Shown: in pieces, positions 39,001 to 50,200 of the stretch
Numbering within the stretch: the first letter of the stretch is position 1
Layout: the number at the start of each line of letters is the position of its first letter
Assembly (NCBI GenBank): GCA_028826165.1
Contig: JAPDFW010000033.1
Location: forward strand, 62,001 to 126,000
Length of the DNA: 64,000 nt
Direction of reading: 5' to 3'
Source of the DNA: Anaeramoeba ignava BMAN
Taxonomy: Eukaryota; Protista; Anaeramoebae
The notes under the pieces: generated by a model
What the model was told of the DNA's origin: nothing
What the model saw: the letters and a program-made list of their open reading frames with translations, nothing else
Databases searched by the model: none
Position numbers and translations under genes: made by a program

Positions 39001-42000
39001 ATCTTTATATTTATAAAAATATCTTCTTCTTCAATTATAAATTGACAAATTGGAGGTGGTTTTTTCTTTATAAATATTTTTTAAAAACTTTTCATGATCA
39101 AAAAATTCTTTAAACATTAAAGTCCATTCAGGAAAATTTTTGTTATTTATATTATTTTCTGTGTTATTTTCAAGTTTTCTCATTACTATTTTCAAATAAT
39201 TCCAAAGAGTTTGTTCTTGATTTGATTTTTTTTATATCTTCTAATATTAATTGATATAACCTTATATAAAGTGGGAATTGTTTAGTTTTCTTGATTAATT
39301 CAATAGCTTGAATAAGTAATGAATAAGTTTCTTCTCGTATTTTTATATTAATACTTCCTGTTTGGAACCATAAAAATTCCATAATTTTCATAAATAAATT
39401 TGGAATACTTTTGATTTTTTTCAAATGTAACCAAATAAATTAATTGGAAAGAATATTTGACTAATTTTGTTATTAAATAGTTTTCATAATTGTAAATATC
39501 TTGATTAAAATTTATTTTTTCATCATTTTCAAGATAACTGTAACTAAAATTAGAAAATATATCAATTGAATCATTTATAATTTCCAAAACCTTATTTGAA
39601 ACATTACTTTCTCCATTATTTTGAGTAAATTCATTTAGAAGTAATGGGATAATCAATGCTCTCATTTCACATGTAGAATGAGCTATTTTATTTAGAGTTT
39701 TTGCATTTTTAAAATTTTTCAAAAATCCATCTAAAATCATTTCTTTGTAATCATTGAATATTTTTGGTGCTTCTTTAAAAAAGAAGTTTTTTATAGATTG
39801 ATAATCAATTAATGATTTCATTTGGAAAAATTGAGCTAACTGAAATAAAATATCAATATCCTTATTTAATTTAAGATAAAATATTATTATTCTTGCAAAG
39901 CTTTCAGGTTCATATTGTCGATAAAAATCTGATTGCTCTATCAAACTGAACTGATATATTTTCCAAAATGTTATTACAGTATTCATAAAAAGTTTATTCT
40001 CGACAAATTTATTTGATGAAAAATGAAATAAAATTTGCATCAATTCCAATCCAAATCTCCATTTTTGTGATTCTAGTAATTCATAATTCTTTTTTTGATC
40101 ACCTAAAGATATATTTGTAAGTTCATTGAAAAAAATATCAATAAATTCTTGACTTCTTTCAATTAATCCATTGTGTAAATTTTGTGCTTTTTCTTGGTAA
40201 AATATTGAAATGAAACAGTAAATTTCTTGTTTGTTATCGAGACATTCTTTTGATAAAAAGTATTCAATAGTTTTTTGTGAGAATTTGTTAAAATATAAAA
40301 TGAAAGATTGGAAAGTATCTGCCCATAAAGAATAATCTTGTAATTGTGCTTGCAAATTCATTATTGAATCTTTAATATCTATAAAATACTTTTCAGAATT
40401 TGTATGTGAAATTATACTAACAATAATATTGATCAAATTTATATCTTCTTGTTTAATTTTCAAACATTTATTTTTAAGTATCTCAACTAAAAATTCACAA
40501 AAAGATGGATCAACAAAATTTGGGAAAATTTCTGCAAGTAAATTAATATTAATTAATAATGGTTGAGTTAAATCTTTAAATTCTTGTTTTTTTCTTTGTA
40601 TCCAGAATTTTTCGAATAAAGGTTCACTAATTTTTTCGGGAATTTCAATCATTTTAATATGCATTCTTACTTGTGCACTAATTTCATCATTGCTTGAGAA
40701 TAAAAGAGAAAATAATGTTTCAATATTAATTTTATGATTATTTTCATTTTCATTTTCATTTTCATTTAGTATTTTGGATATGAAAATTTCAGTAATAAAT
40801 TTGATTAAACAAGCTATATTTGGATCATGAATAAATCTTTTATTTAATTTTTTTTATCTTCATCTTGTTTTTCTTGTATTTGATCTATATAAATGATAGA
40901 TTTTTGTAAAATTAAGTATAAATATGATTTACTACTTGATAATATTTTTGGATTTAAATTCAACATAAAAGATATTCCATCAAGAACTCTAATATTTTTA
41001 CCATAATTATTTTCATCCCAATTAAATTTAGAAAGGAACTTTTTGATAAAATCAGTGAAAATACACAAATTATCTTCTTGATTACTTTCATAAGCAATTT
41101 TTAATATTTCTTTAATTATTATTCTAATTCTTCTTTTGTGAGAAAAAAGTTCTTGTAATAATAAAGAAATTGATTCAACAAAAACTTTAGGAATGTTTTG
41201 GATATTCTGATCAATTTCTTCTTCATAGTTAAAAAAGTCTCTCTTGTATTCTTGTTCCATTTCAATTTCCATTTCAATTTCCATATTTTCATTTACATTA
41301 TTTTCTTTAAATAAATCTTGTTCTTCAATAATATTATTATTTTTACTTTCTTGTTTTTCAGAATAATAAAAAGAGGAAATTGAGTATATTAAATCTGTTA
41401 AAGTTGTTTCAGCTCTTTTTAGGATTATAAAGGAATATTTTGAAATTGTATCTTTGATCACAAGTATAAGTGCACTAATAATTTTATTTTGATATTCAAC
41501 TTTAATTAATCTTGTTAATCGAGGACATAATACAGAAAGTGTATTAACACCTCCAAATTTAAAATTAAATTCAGGTAAATAACAAAAATGAATTGCTTGT
41601 TGCAAGAAAAGAACAACAAAATCAGCATAAACACTAGGATCTTGGTTGTAAGTAATCATATCTATCATTTTGGTTGTAATATCAACTCCTATTTGATAAT
41701 ATTTAAAATCACTTGATGTTTCAATTAAGGAATCTATAAAAGTATATCTTGATGATTGCTCTTCAGGAATTCCACTTCTTGTTTCTGTTATATTATTTCT
41801 ATTTTTGTTAATAAGAGGATTTGAATATTTATTCACATCTTGATTTATTTGGAAATAAGATTCTTTTTCTTCTTTTTCATTTATATTTATTTTTTGTTGC
41901 AAAATGATACTTTTAACATATACTGACATGATAAAATCAGTAGTTTTTTTACTTTCAGAACATAAATTTTCATCTAATTGTGATTTATAAATTGCAATTA

Positions 42001-44878
42001 ATGCTTTTTTGAGATTAAATCTTGCAAATCCTTCAACTTTGAACCAAAAAGTTACTGAATTTTCATAAACATTTTTGTTGGAAAATCCAAAAAAAGAATT
42101 TGTTTCTTCAGATTTCGCATTTTTAAATTGTTCAGAAATAACAAGAGTATCAAAGAAAAATTTTTGGGTAACTGCATAAGTGAAAGCTCTAATAAAATCA
42201 AATGCTTTGCTTTTAGAAAATGTACTTTTCTCTTCATCATTTATTATATTAATTGCAACATCAAGACATTTATCAAGTTGAATTATAAGTTGTTCTTCGT
42301 TTTCTTGGTTACTATCTCCTTTAAATTTCAAAACCATTTTATAAACTTCTCTTTGATAATTAAAAGGTTTTAGATTTTCAAAATGGTGTTCATTTTTAAA
42401 AAGAAAAGATCTATTATAATGACCCATTTTCCCAATAATTTTAGCAGCTAAAAATCCCAAATGTCCCTTTTTTGGATCAAGATGTTGAATAATAGCTTTT
42501 GCTAAAGAAGATTCTTCTTCTTTAATTTTACTGAATAAAAAATCTAATTGAATATTATCAACAAAGAATTGAAGAATATATAATGATTTCTGAATCAATT
42601 TAGGATCTTTTGTATTTAATGCATGAACTAATCTTTTGGTAAATGGAGAAAGATATGAAAACAGAAATGGTATTTTTAAGGGAATACTTAAACATAATTT
42701 TGTAATTTCAAGTTGATTTAATTCAGAACAAGCTGTTAAATTTTTAGATATTTTGAAAATATTAGAAGTGAATGAAAGTAAAATATCTTCTAATTCTGGA
42801 AATTTTTTTGAACGAGAAAAAATCATTGATAAAAAATTTAATAAAAAAGAAGGATCTTCTGAACCTTGAATTAATTTGAATATTTGTTGAATAAAAGAAG
42901 GAAGATATCTTTTCATTACATTTTCAACAATTCTATTTCTAATTTGAAAACTAAAATCACGAGTAGATTCAAGAATAAAAGTGAAAAGATCGAAAATTAT
43001 TTGTTTTTTTGTAGGTTGAGATTCAATAATAATATGTAAATTTTTCAAAATGTATCTGAACAGAATATCAATAATAGAAGGAAGAATTTCTGATGAGAAA
43101 AAAGCATAGAATAAAGTTTTTGTATCATCATAATTCTGAATAAAATTGAGAATAAAATCCAAATTATTTCGTATTACAAATTTGAATGATCCTACATTTA
43201 ATAAAGATAGATTATGAGAAATATTCTTGACAAAATAGCAAGTATTTTCAGTTGAAAATTGCTTTTGATTTTGATTTTGATTTTGATTTTGATTTTCATT
43301 CTTTTTTCCTGAATTCTTAATTTCAAATTCTGCTGATGAAAGAAGTAAAAAACAACTTATGGAATTTTTGAATATTTTTTGAAATAAATATCTTCCTTTG
43401 CTTGTTAGATGTAAAGCTTTGTTGAAACTAATTAATGGAAAAGCAGAGCTGTTAATTATATCTTTTATTTTTAAATATGGATTTTGACTAAGAATTCTTT
43501 TGATGGATTGCAAAACAAATGATAGTTCTTCAAGAAATAAAATGATTGTTTGTTTGCAATTTGAAATTGTATCTTTCACAATAGGTTCATAATCAATTTC
43601 ATTTCTAAAGGGAATCATTGATAAAGGATCAAATTCTTTTTGGTTATTTTCGTTATATTGACCAATTAAACTTTTCTTATGAATAGAAATAATATATTGT
43701 TTCAAACTTGAAAATTTATTTGTGATTGATTGAAAAATTTTGAATAGGAAATTTAATTCTTCATACGGATCAAAATTATTCCAATTTGTATGTTTAAGTA
43801 AAAATCTGATTGAAATGGCTTGAGTTGTTAAAGGGAAAGATTCATCATGCATGTTTCTTATATAAAGATCTGCAATCCCAGCAAGAGTTTCTTTTGAAAG
43901 ATTTGTTTGACCAGTAAAGAAGAAGCTGAATGTTTTTTCAATATAAAATATGGGTAAGTTATAACAAGAACAAAATTTACTAGCATTTAAGATTTGTGAG
44001 TAAATAAACTTGTTGATTTTTTTTATTGAAATTGGATCTAATAATTTGTATATTGCAGCAAAAGAAGTAATAATAGAATCATGAGAATTAAAACAAACAT
44101 AAGGACAATCTCGTAAGAATTTTAAAGATATTGAAACTAAATTTGGTATATAATCAGAATCATTAGGAAATTGGAGATAGTTAAACAAAAGTTGGATAAA
44201 TCTGGATCTTAAATTGAAAAAACGAAAGTAAAGTTTTTCATTGTTTTTCAAAAAAAGAGTGGAAAGTTTGAGACTAGATAATTTCATTAAAACTGATTGA
44301 AATTCTATTGGTAATCTGCCTTTAAATTGATATTCTAGAAAATATACTATTTGTTCTAATAAAAGTATATTATCATTATTCAAATGATTGATGTTGATAT
44401 TTTCATTTTCTATATAAAATAAATCGCAGATTTTTTGAAGGATTTTTGCATGAAATTGAATTATCCAATTAATTTTATCTTGAGATATTTTTTCAATATT
44501 GAAATGACTTAAAATGTAAACAATAACACAAACTGTTTTTGGAAAGTTTCTTTCATCAATAAAAATAATTTCATCAGTAAATTTTTGCCAGAATTTAAAG
44601 TGATTTTCAATAATATTTTCAGTTAACCCAATGGATTTTGAAAATGAAATGAATTTTAAATCAATTTCTGCAATAGAACTTGTTAACAAATCAAAAAGAT
44701 TATTATCTTTTAAAGAAATATCTAAAGATTGCTTATAATAAGATAATAAGGAATCATTTAATATTTGAATTTCTTGAATTGATATAAATTGTAACGAATA
44801 TCCTATTTTTTTTGCTGTTTTAATAAAATTTTGACTATTTGTTGAATTTTGAAGTTTTTGAAAATATTTTTGAATCAT
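33085..44878 (-). CDS. TRRAP: TRRAP/Tra1 PIKK-family pseudokinase (HEAT-FAT-PI3K-like-FATC), ~3,900 aa, split by several frameshifts
   Basis: C-terminus has EERVIQFMRILN..KKRGIKFTLPVILPLTKDVRI, VPMRLTPNI and the FATC end FFPWF*. FAT motifs WIPQLI and YPQAVYY; IEVPGQY. N-terminal AAKIIGKMG.YNRSFL. Frame breaks at ~40845, ~39360, ~39175 and 38860-39070 fall in A/T runs. Confidence 0.9.
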
Positions 44879-45072
44879 TTAGATATGAAAAAAGGACAAC
44901 ACAAAAATCCACAAATGGGAATAAAAATAATAATTATAACAAATTATATAAAATATTTTAAAAACAAAAGAAAAATAAACTTGAAAAGAGAAAATGAAAA
45001 AAAAATGAAAAAAAAAATTTTTAAAAAAAATTTCAATTTTTTTTTTCTTTTCCTTTATTAATTTAAATTTAA

Positions 45073-48000
45073 ATGTTACAAAAAGTATAAAAATCTATTT
45101 AAAATTAAATTTAAAATTAAATATAAAAATTTTATTTTAAAATTATAAATAGAAAAAGAATTTTAATTCAAAATCAATTTCTGAATTAATTGAACTTAAG
45201 AATTTATCACATTTTGGAATACCTTATGATATAACATGTTTTGATATTTTAATAACATATGGAATAATTGCATTTGGAACTTCAAAAGGATTAATTAAAA
45301 TGTATTTAAAATTTAAAATTTAATTTCTAAATTAATTTTAATTTAAATTTTATTTAGAATTGGAAAACCTGGAATTGAAAAAACTATTTATAATAATTCA
45401 TCTCAAAAAAGAATTGATAAAATTACTTTTCTTGGATTTTCTGGAATTTTTATTACAATTTCTCATTTAAATAATAATTCAAATAATTCAAATAATAATG
45501 ATTTAGTTTTTGATGATGTTTTTGGTTATCAATATAATTATGATGGAAAAAGTTTAATTGATGAATCAAAACCAAAAAAATTTCAAAAAAATGATTCAAG
45601 TATTCTTTATGTTTGGTCTTTAATAAAGAATGATATAATTTATAAAATAGAATTTAAAGAAGAGTAAAAGAAAGAAAAAAGAAGAATCTTTTTTTTTATA
45701 AAAAAATTAATAATTTTTTTCAAAACAAAAAAACAAAAGAATAACATCAATATTTCCTGATAATCAAATTGGAACATTATATATTGGCAAATCAAATGGT
45801 CAATTACAAACTTTTTCATTAGAAACTCAAAAAATAAGTGATTTTAGTTTGAAATATTCAGATTTTATAAATCAAAATGATCAAGTTTTAAATGATTCAA
45901 AAGAAATTCCATCACTCATTTCTATATCTATTAATCCAAAAAATTCTACTTTATTATTAATTGGATTTTCAAATGGATTAATAGTTTTATATAATTTATT
46001 TGAGAAAAAATCACAAAAAATATTTAATATTGAACAAAAAGATTTATGTTCATTATGTTGGTGTTATAATGGATCTTTTTTTCTTTCAGGTCATTTAAAT
46101 GGACAAGTTAAATTTTGGAATTTAAATTCTTGTAAATCTTTTAAAAATTTATTTGTTATAAAACCAGAAATTGAAAGGAGATCTGTTAAACAATTATATT
46201 GGACTGAATCTTTCAAGTATTTTCTTTTTATTAAAAAATAAAATGAAAATTTAAAAATTTAAAATAAATTTATTCAAATAAGACCATATAATACACTTGG
46301 TGATATTTATTTACTTGGAAGTACAATTAAAGGAAAAACCAATGATGGAATTTTATTTGTTCAAAACAATAAAAAAGATAAATGGAAAGTATTAGATGTT
46401 ATAACTAGTGAAAATAATTTTGCAATTACTCAAATGAATCTTAGATTTGATATTGAACAAAAATATCCCATTTCAATTATCAGTATTTCTTCTGGTGGAG
46501 AAATTTTTGTTCATAGATCTTCAATAGAAAAGTATTATTGATATTTAAATTTAAAAGAGAAAACTTTTGTTTTTAATTTATAATACTTTTTTTTTCTCTC
46601 TTTTAAATTTAAAGTGTAAATCGAGCATTAACAATTCAGAAATATAGAAAATTAGAAAATCATTCAAATCATAGAATGTTAAATTCTCCAATTACTTCAC
46701 ATTTATATTTTGATAAAATCTCAAATCAATTTTATCAAATAATTTTACAAAATGGTTTTTCACAAAAGAAATTTTTCATTTTGAATAAATTTTGGCCAAT
46801 TCAAGGAGGAAAAATTTTAAATTTAGAAAATAATGATAATAATAATAATATACTTTTTACAGGGTTTGTGAATTAAAAACAAAAAGGAATGATTTATTAT
46901 TTATTATTTATTCCTTTTTTAGACATCATGATGGAACAATTAAAATGTGGGATTTTAAGGATTCAAATTTACAATTTTTATCTGAAATTAATATCAAAGA
47001 ATCATTTCATAATTTTCAAAAAAGTACAGGAATTGAATTAAAATTACCATCAAGTCTTACAGTTTCATCATTTTCAATATTACAAAATGAAGGAATTATT
47101 GGAATTGGATGTGCAAGTGGAGAAGTGTTTATTTTCCAATTTTCTAGTTTGATTGAAAAGGAAAAACTTTCTTCAATAATTTATTATGATAGAGCATTAA
47201 ATTTCCAAATTCCAAAAATAGAAGAAACTTCATTTCAATTAATTTCAATTATTTATTTGCATCAAAATACAGTTACACAAATAGAAATGAGTTCAAATCC
47301 AAAAAGAATTGTTTGTGGAGATCATAATGGAATATCTTCTATTATAGATTTAGATAATTTCAAATTGTTAAATTTAATTGGAGGAGAAATGGATATTGAA
47401 GATAATTATCCAATAAAATCAATAATTATATCTTCATCAAAACAAAAAACAAATAAAGATTCCACAATAATTATTGGTAAAGAAGATGGTTCAATAAGTA
47501 TTTTTTCAACTTTAAATGGAGAAATGATCAAAGAATCAAAGATGAAAAATCAAGAATCAAAACTTCAAAATCTTTATTTTATTGATAAAAACGGATTTCC
47601 AACAAATATTCCAATTGATTTAACAATAAATAATATTAATGGTATTAATGAACTTTCAAATGATTTAATAGATCTAATTAACAAAAGAAGAAGAGAATCA
47701 CCTAAAATAGATATTGAAAAGAAGGAATCACAACAAAAAAAGAAAGAAATCAAAACCCAAAAATTATCACCAACAAAAGCACAATATTTATTAATCACAT
47801 TCAATGATAGAGTTGTTATTAAAAAATTACCATCTTTGAAAACAGCTAAAAATATCAAAATTGATTTCAATGGATCTTTTTCTTCATTAATTTCATTTTC
47901 ATCCAAAAGAAATTGTGTTTGTTATATTGATGAAGATGGAGAAATGATATTATTTCAACTTATCAAAATAAATCGATTTTATCAACAAAATCTTATTGAT

Positions 48001-48201
48001 AAATTTCGAATTCCAAAAATTTCTTTTAGAGCTAAAAACATAACATCTACATTTCAAGGAAGAATTATTTGGATAACTCCTAATGGAGAAATTGGATCAT
48101 TTTCTTTAAATCAAAATAATTATATAACTCAAGAATCAAATGTTGATTTTTTAAGTGAAAAATTATTTTCAGAAGAACAAATTAAGAAAAAAGAAAATTA
48201 A
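45073..48201 (+). CDS. Tomosyn/Lgl/Sro7-family WD40 protein, multi-exon
   Basis: Exon 1 is 45073-45084; exon 2 from 45153 reads HFGIPYDITCFD...IAFGTSKGLIKI|IGKPGIE. Later motifs LLIGFSNG, SGHLNGQVKFW, WPIQGG and TG|HHDGTIKMWD are characteristic of the family. Confidence 0.85.
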
Positions 48202-48504
48202 ATGAAAAGAATTTTTTCTCTCTTTCATTTTGATTTGATTCAAAAAAAAAAAGATCATTTCTTTTTTTCATCTTCTTCATCATCAATATTTGAATACTTT
48301 TCGAAAATTTCTCTCCACTTCTAATTTTTGATTTGATTTAAAAAGATCATTTCTTTTTTTCATCTTCTTCATTATTAATATTTTGAAACTTCTAATTTCT
48401 GATTTTTTAAAAAATTTTCTTTTTCCATCTTCTTCATTATCAATTTTGAATACTTTTTGAATTTTCTCCACTTCTAATTTTGATTTGATTTAAAAAAAAA
48501 AAGA

Positions 48505-49572
48505 TTATTTCTTTTTTTCATCTTCTTCATTATCAATATTTGAATACTTTTCGAAAATTTCTCTCCAAGAAGTTTGCATTAATGATTTTCCACCACTTCT
48601 AATTTTTGAGTTGATTCTAAATTCAAAAGGTCCATTTTCAATTAAAGATTTTTCATTTTCCCATGAAAATAAACAACCATCAGTAGTAGAAAGAAAAGGA
48701 TTTAATTCAATAACCCAAATTTGATCCAATTTTTCACCAACAACACAAAAATCAATAATATAATTCTTAAAATTAGATTCCAATTTTTTTTGGATATTTG
48801 AATAAAAATAATCAACAATGATTTTTTCAAGATAACTTTTCATTTGAACCAAACGAGGCCAAAAACACAAATGATTATATTGAGATAAAGCAGTTAATTT
48901 TCCATTTGAAACAAAACCACGAAATTCCATATCAGGATCCATATCAACCCATTTTCTGATTACGAAGTTTTCCTTGAATCGTGATTTGTGTTTGATTGCA
49001 ATAAACATGTCTTGATAAATTCTTTCTGAAAAAACCCAATTCATAAGTAATTCTTTTGCGCTTTTTACTTTAAGCATTTCATAACCAGCTTCAAGAAGTG
49101 AAATCATTTTATCATTATCATCTCTTAATTTTTTTGCTTTTAATTTTGCTTGATATTCCATGATGAATTTTTGTTGATATGGACCTGTATCTTTTGCACT
49201 TCTTGATGAAGATTTAACAAAAACTTGTGGATCATCTTGTTTGATTTCATTGATTACTTTTTGTAAATTTTCTGCTAATTTTTCAATTTGATTTTTTATA
49301 TTTTCTGTTAATTCTTTGTTTTCCTTCATTTTTAATTCATAAGCTTGAAAAAACAATTCTGCATCTTCATATTTTAATGGGAATAATTTAGTTTTGAATG
49401 TAAATTCTGGAATTAAATCTAACCATTCTTCAATGTTTATATCAAGAACTTTATTTTGATAAATTTTGATTTCGTTTTCATCATATTCTTTAGCTGTAAT
49501 ATCTGGTTTACTTGAATCTTTTGTTTCTGTTTGTTTTAATTGAACTTTTTTTAATTTTTCAGCTAAACTCAT
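48505..49572 (-). CDS. Cdc123/D123-like ATP-grasp protein with N-terminal WH2/actobindin-like motif
   Basis: FVKSSSRSAKD, MEFRGFV...LTALSQY and WVIELNPF..TDGCLFSW are Cdc123-type motifs. N-terminus is MSLAEKLKKVQLKQTETKDSSKP. Confidence 0.85.
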   Translation of the reverse strand: MSLAEKLKKVQLKQTETKDSSKPDITAKEYDENEIKIYQNKVLDINIEEWLDLIPEFTFKTKLFPLKYEDAELFFQAYELKMKENKELTENIKNQIEKLAENLQKVINEIKQDDPQVFVKSSSRSAKDTGPYQQKFIMEYQAKLKAKKLRDDNDKMISLLEAGYEMLKVKSAKELLMNWVFSERIYQDMFIAIKHKSRFKENFVIRKWVDMDPDMEFRGFVSNGKLTALSQYNHLCFWPRLVQMKSYLEKIIVDYFYSNIQKKLESNFKNYIIDFCVVGEKLDQIWVIELNPFLSTTDGCLFSWENEKSLIENGPFEFRINSKIRSGGKSLMQTSWREIFEKYSNIDNEEDEKKK

Positions 49573-49619
49573 TTAAAACCAAAAATTGAGAAAAAATGAA
49601 AAAAAAAATGAAAACAAAA

Positions 49620-50105
49620 AAACAAAATCAAAAACAAAATCAAAATCAAAAACAAAATCAAAATCAAAATCAAAATCAAAATCAAAATCAAAATCAAAAT
49701 CAAAATCAAAATCAAAATCAAAATCAAAATCAAAATCAAAATCAAAATCAAAATCAAAATCAAAATCAAAATCAAAATCAAAATCAAAATCAAAAATCAA
49801 AATCAAAATCAAAATCAAAAATCAAAATCAAAATCAAAATCAAAATCAAAATCAAAATCAAAATCAAAATCAAAAATCAAAATCAAAAAATCAAAATTAA
49901 AATCAAAATCAAAATCAAAATCAAAATCAAAATCAAAATCAAAATCAAAATCAAAAACAAAAACAAAATTCAAAATCAAAATCAAAATCAAAATCAAAAT
50001 CAAAATCAAAATCAAAATCAAAATCAAAATCAAAATCAAAATCAAAATCAAAATCAAAATCAAAATCAAAATCAAAATCAAAATCAAAATCTAAATCAAA
50101 ATCAA
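49620..50105. repeat. (AAATCA)n intergenic microsatellite
   Basis: Direct reading; source of the spurious NQ/KS/DF/IL ORFs. Confidence 0.95.
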
Positions 50106-50200
50106 AAGAGATTTAACTTAAAAAATAAAGTAATTTCTTATTTAATTTAATTTAATTTAATTTATTTAAAAAAAGTGGAACAAAATTAATTAAAAAATAT

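Noticed and set aside
38860-40850. TRRAP as a pseudogene or programmed-frameshift gene
   Set aside because: Breaks are single-base shifts in A/T runs, and similar ones occur in four other genes. Long-read consensus error is more parsimonious; polishing would decide.
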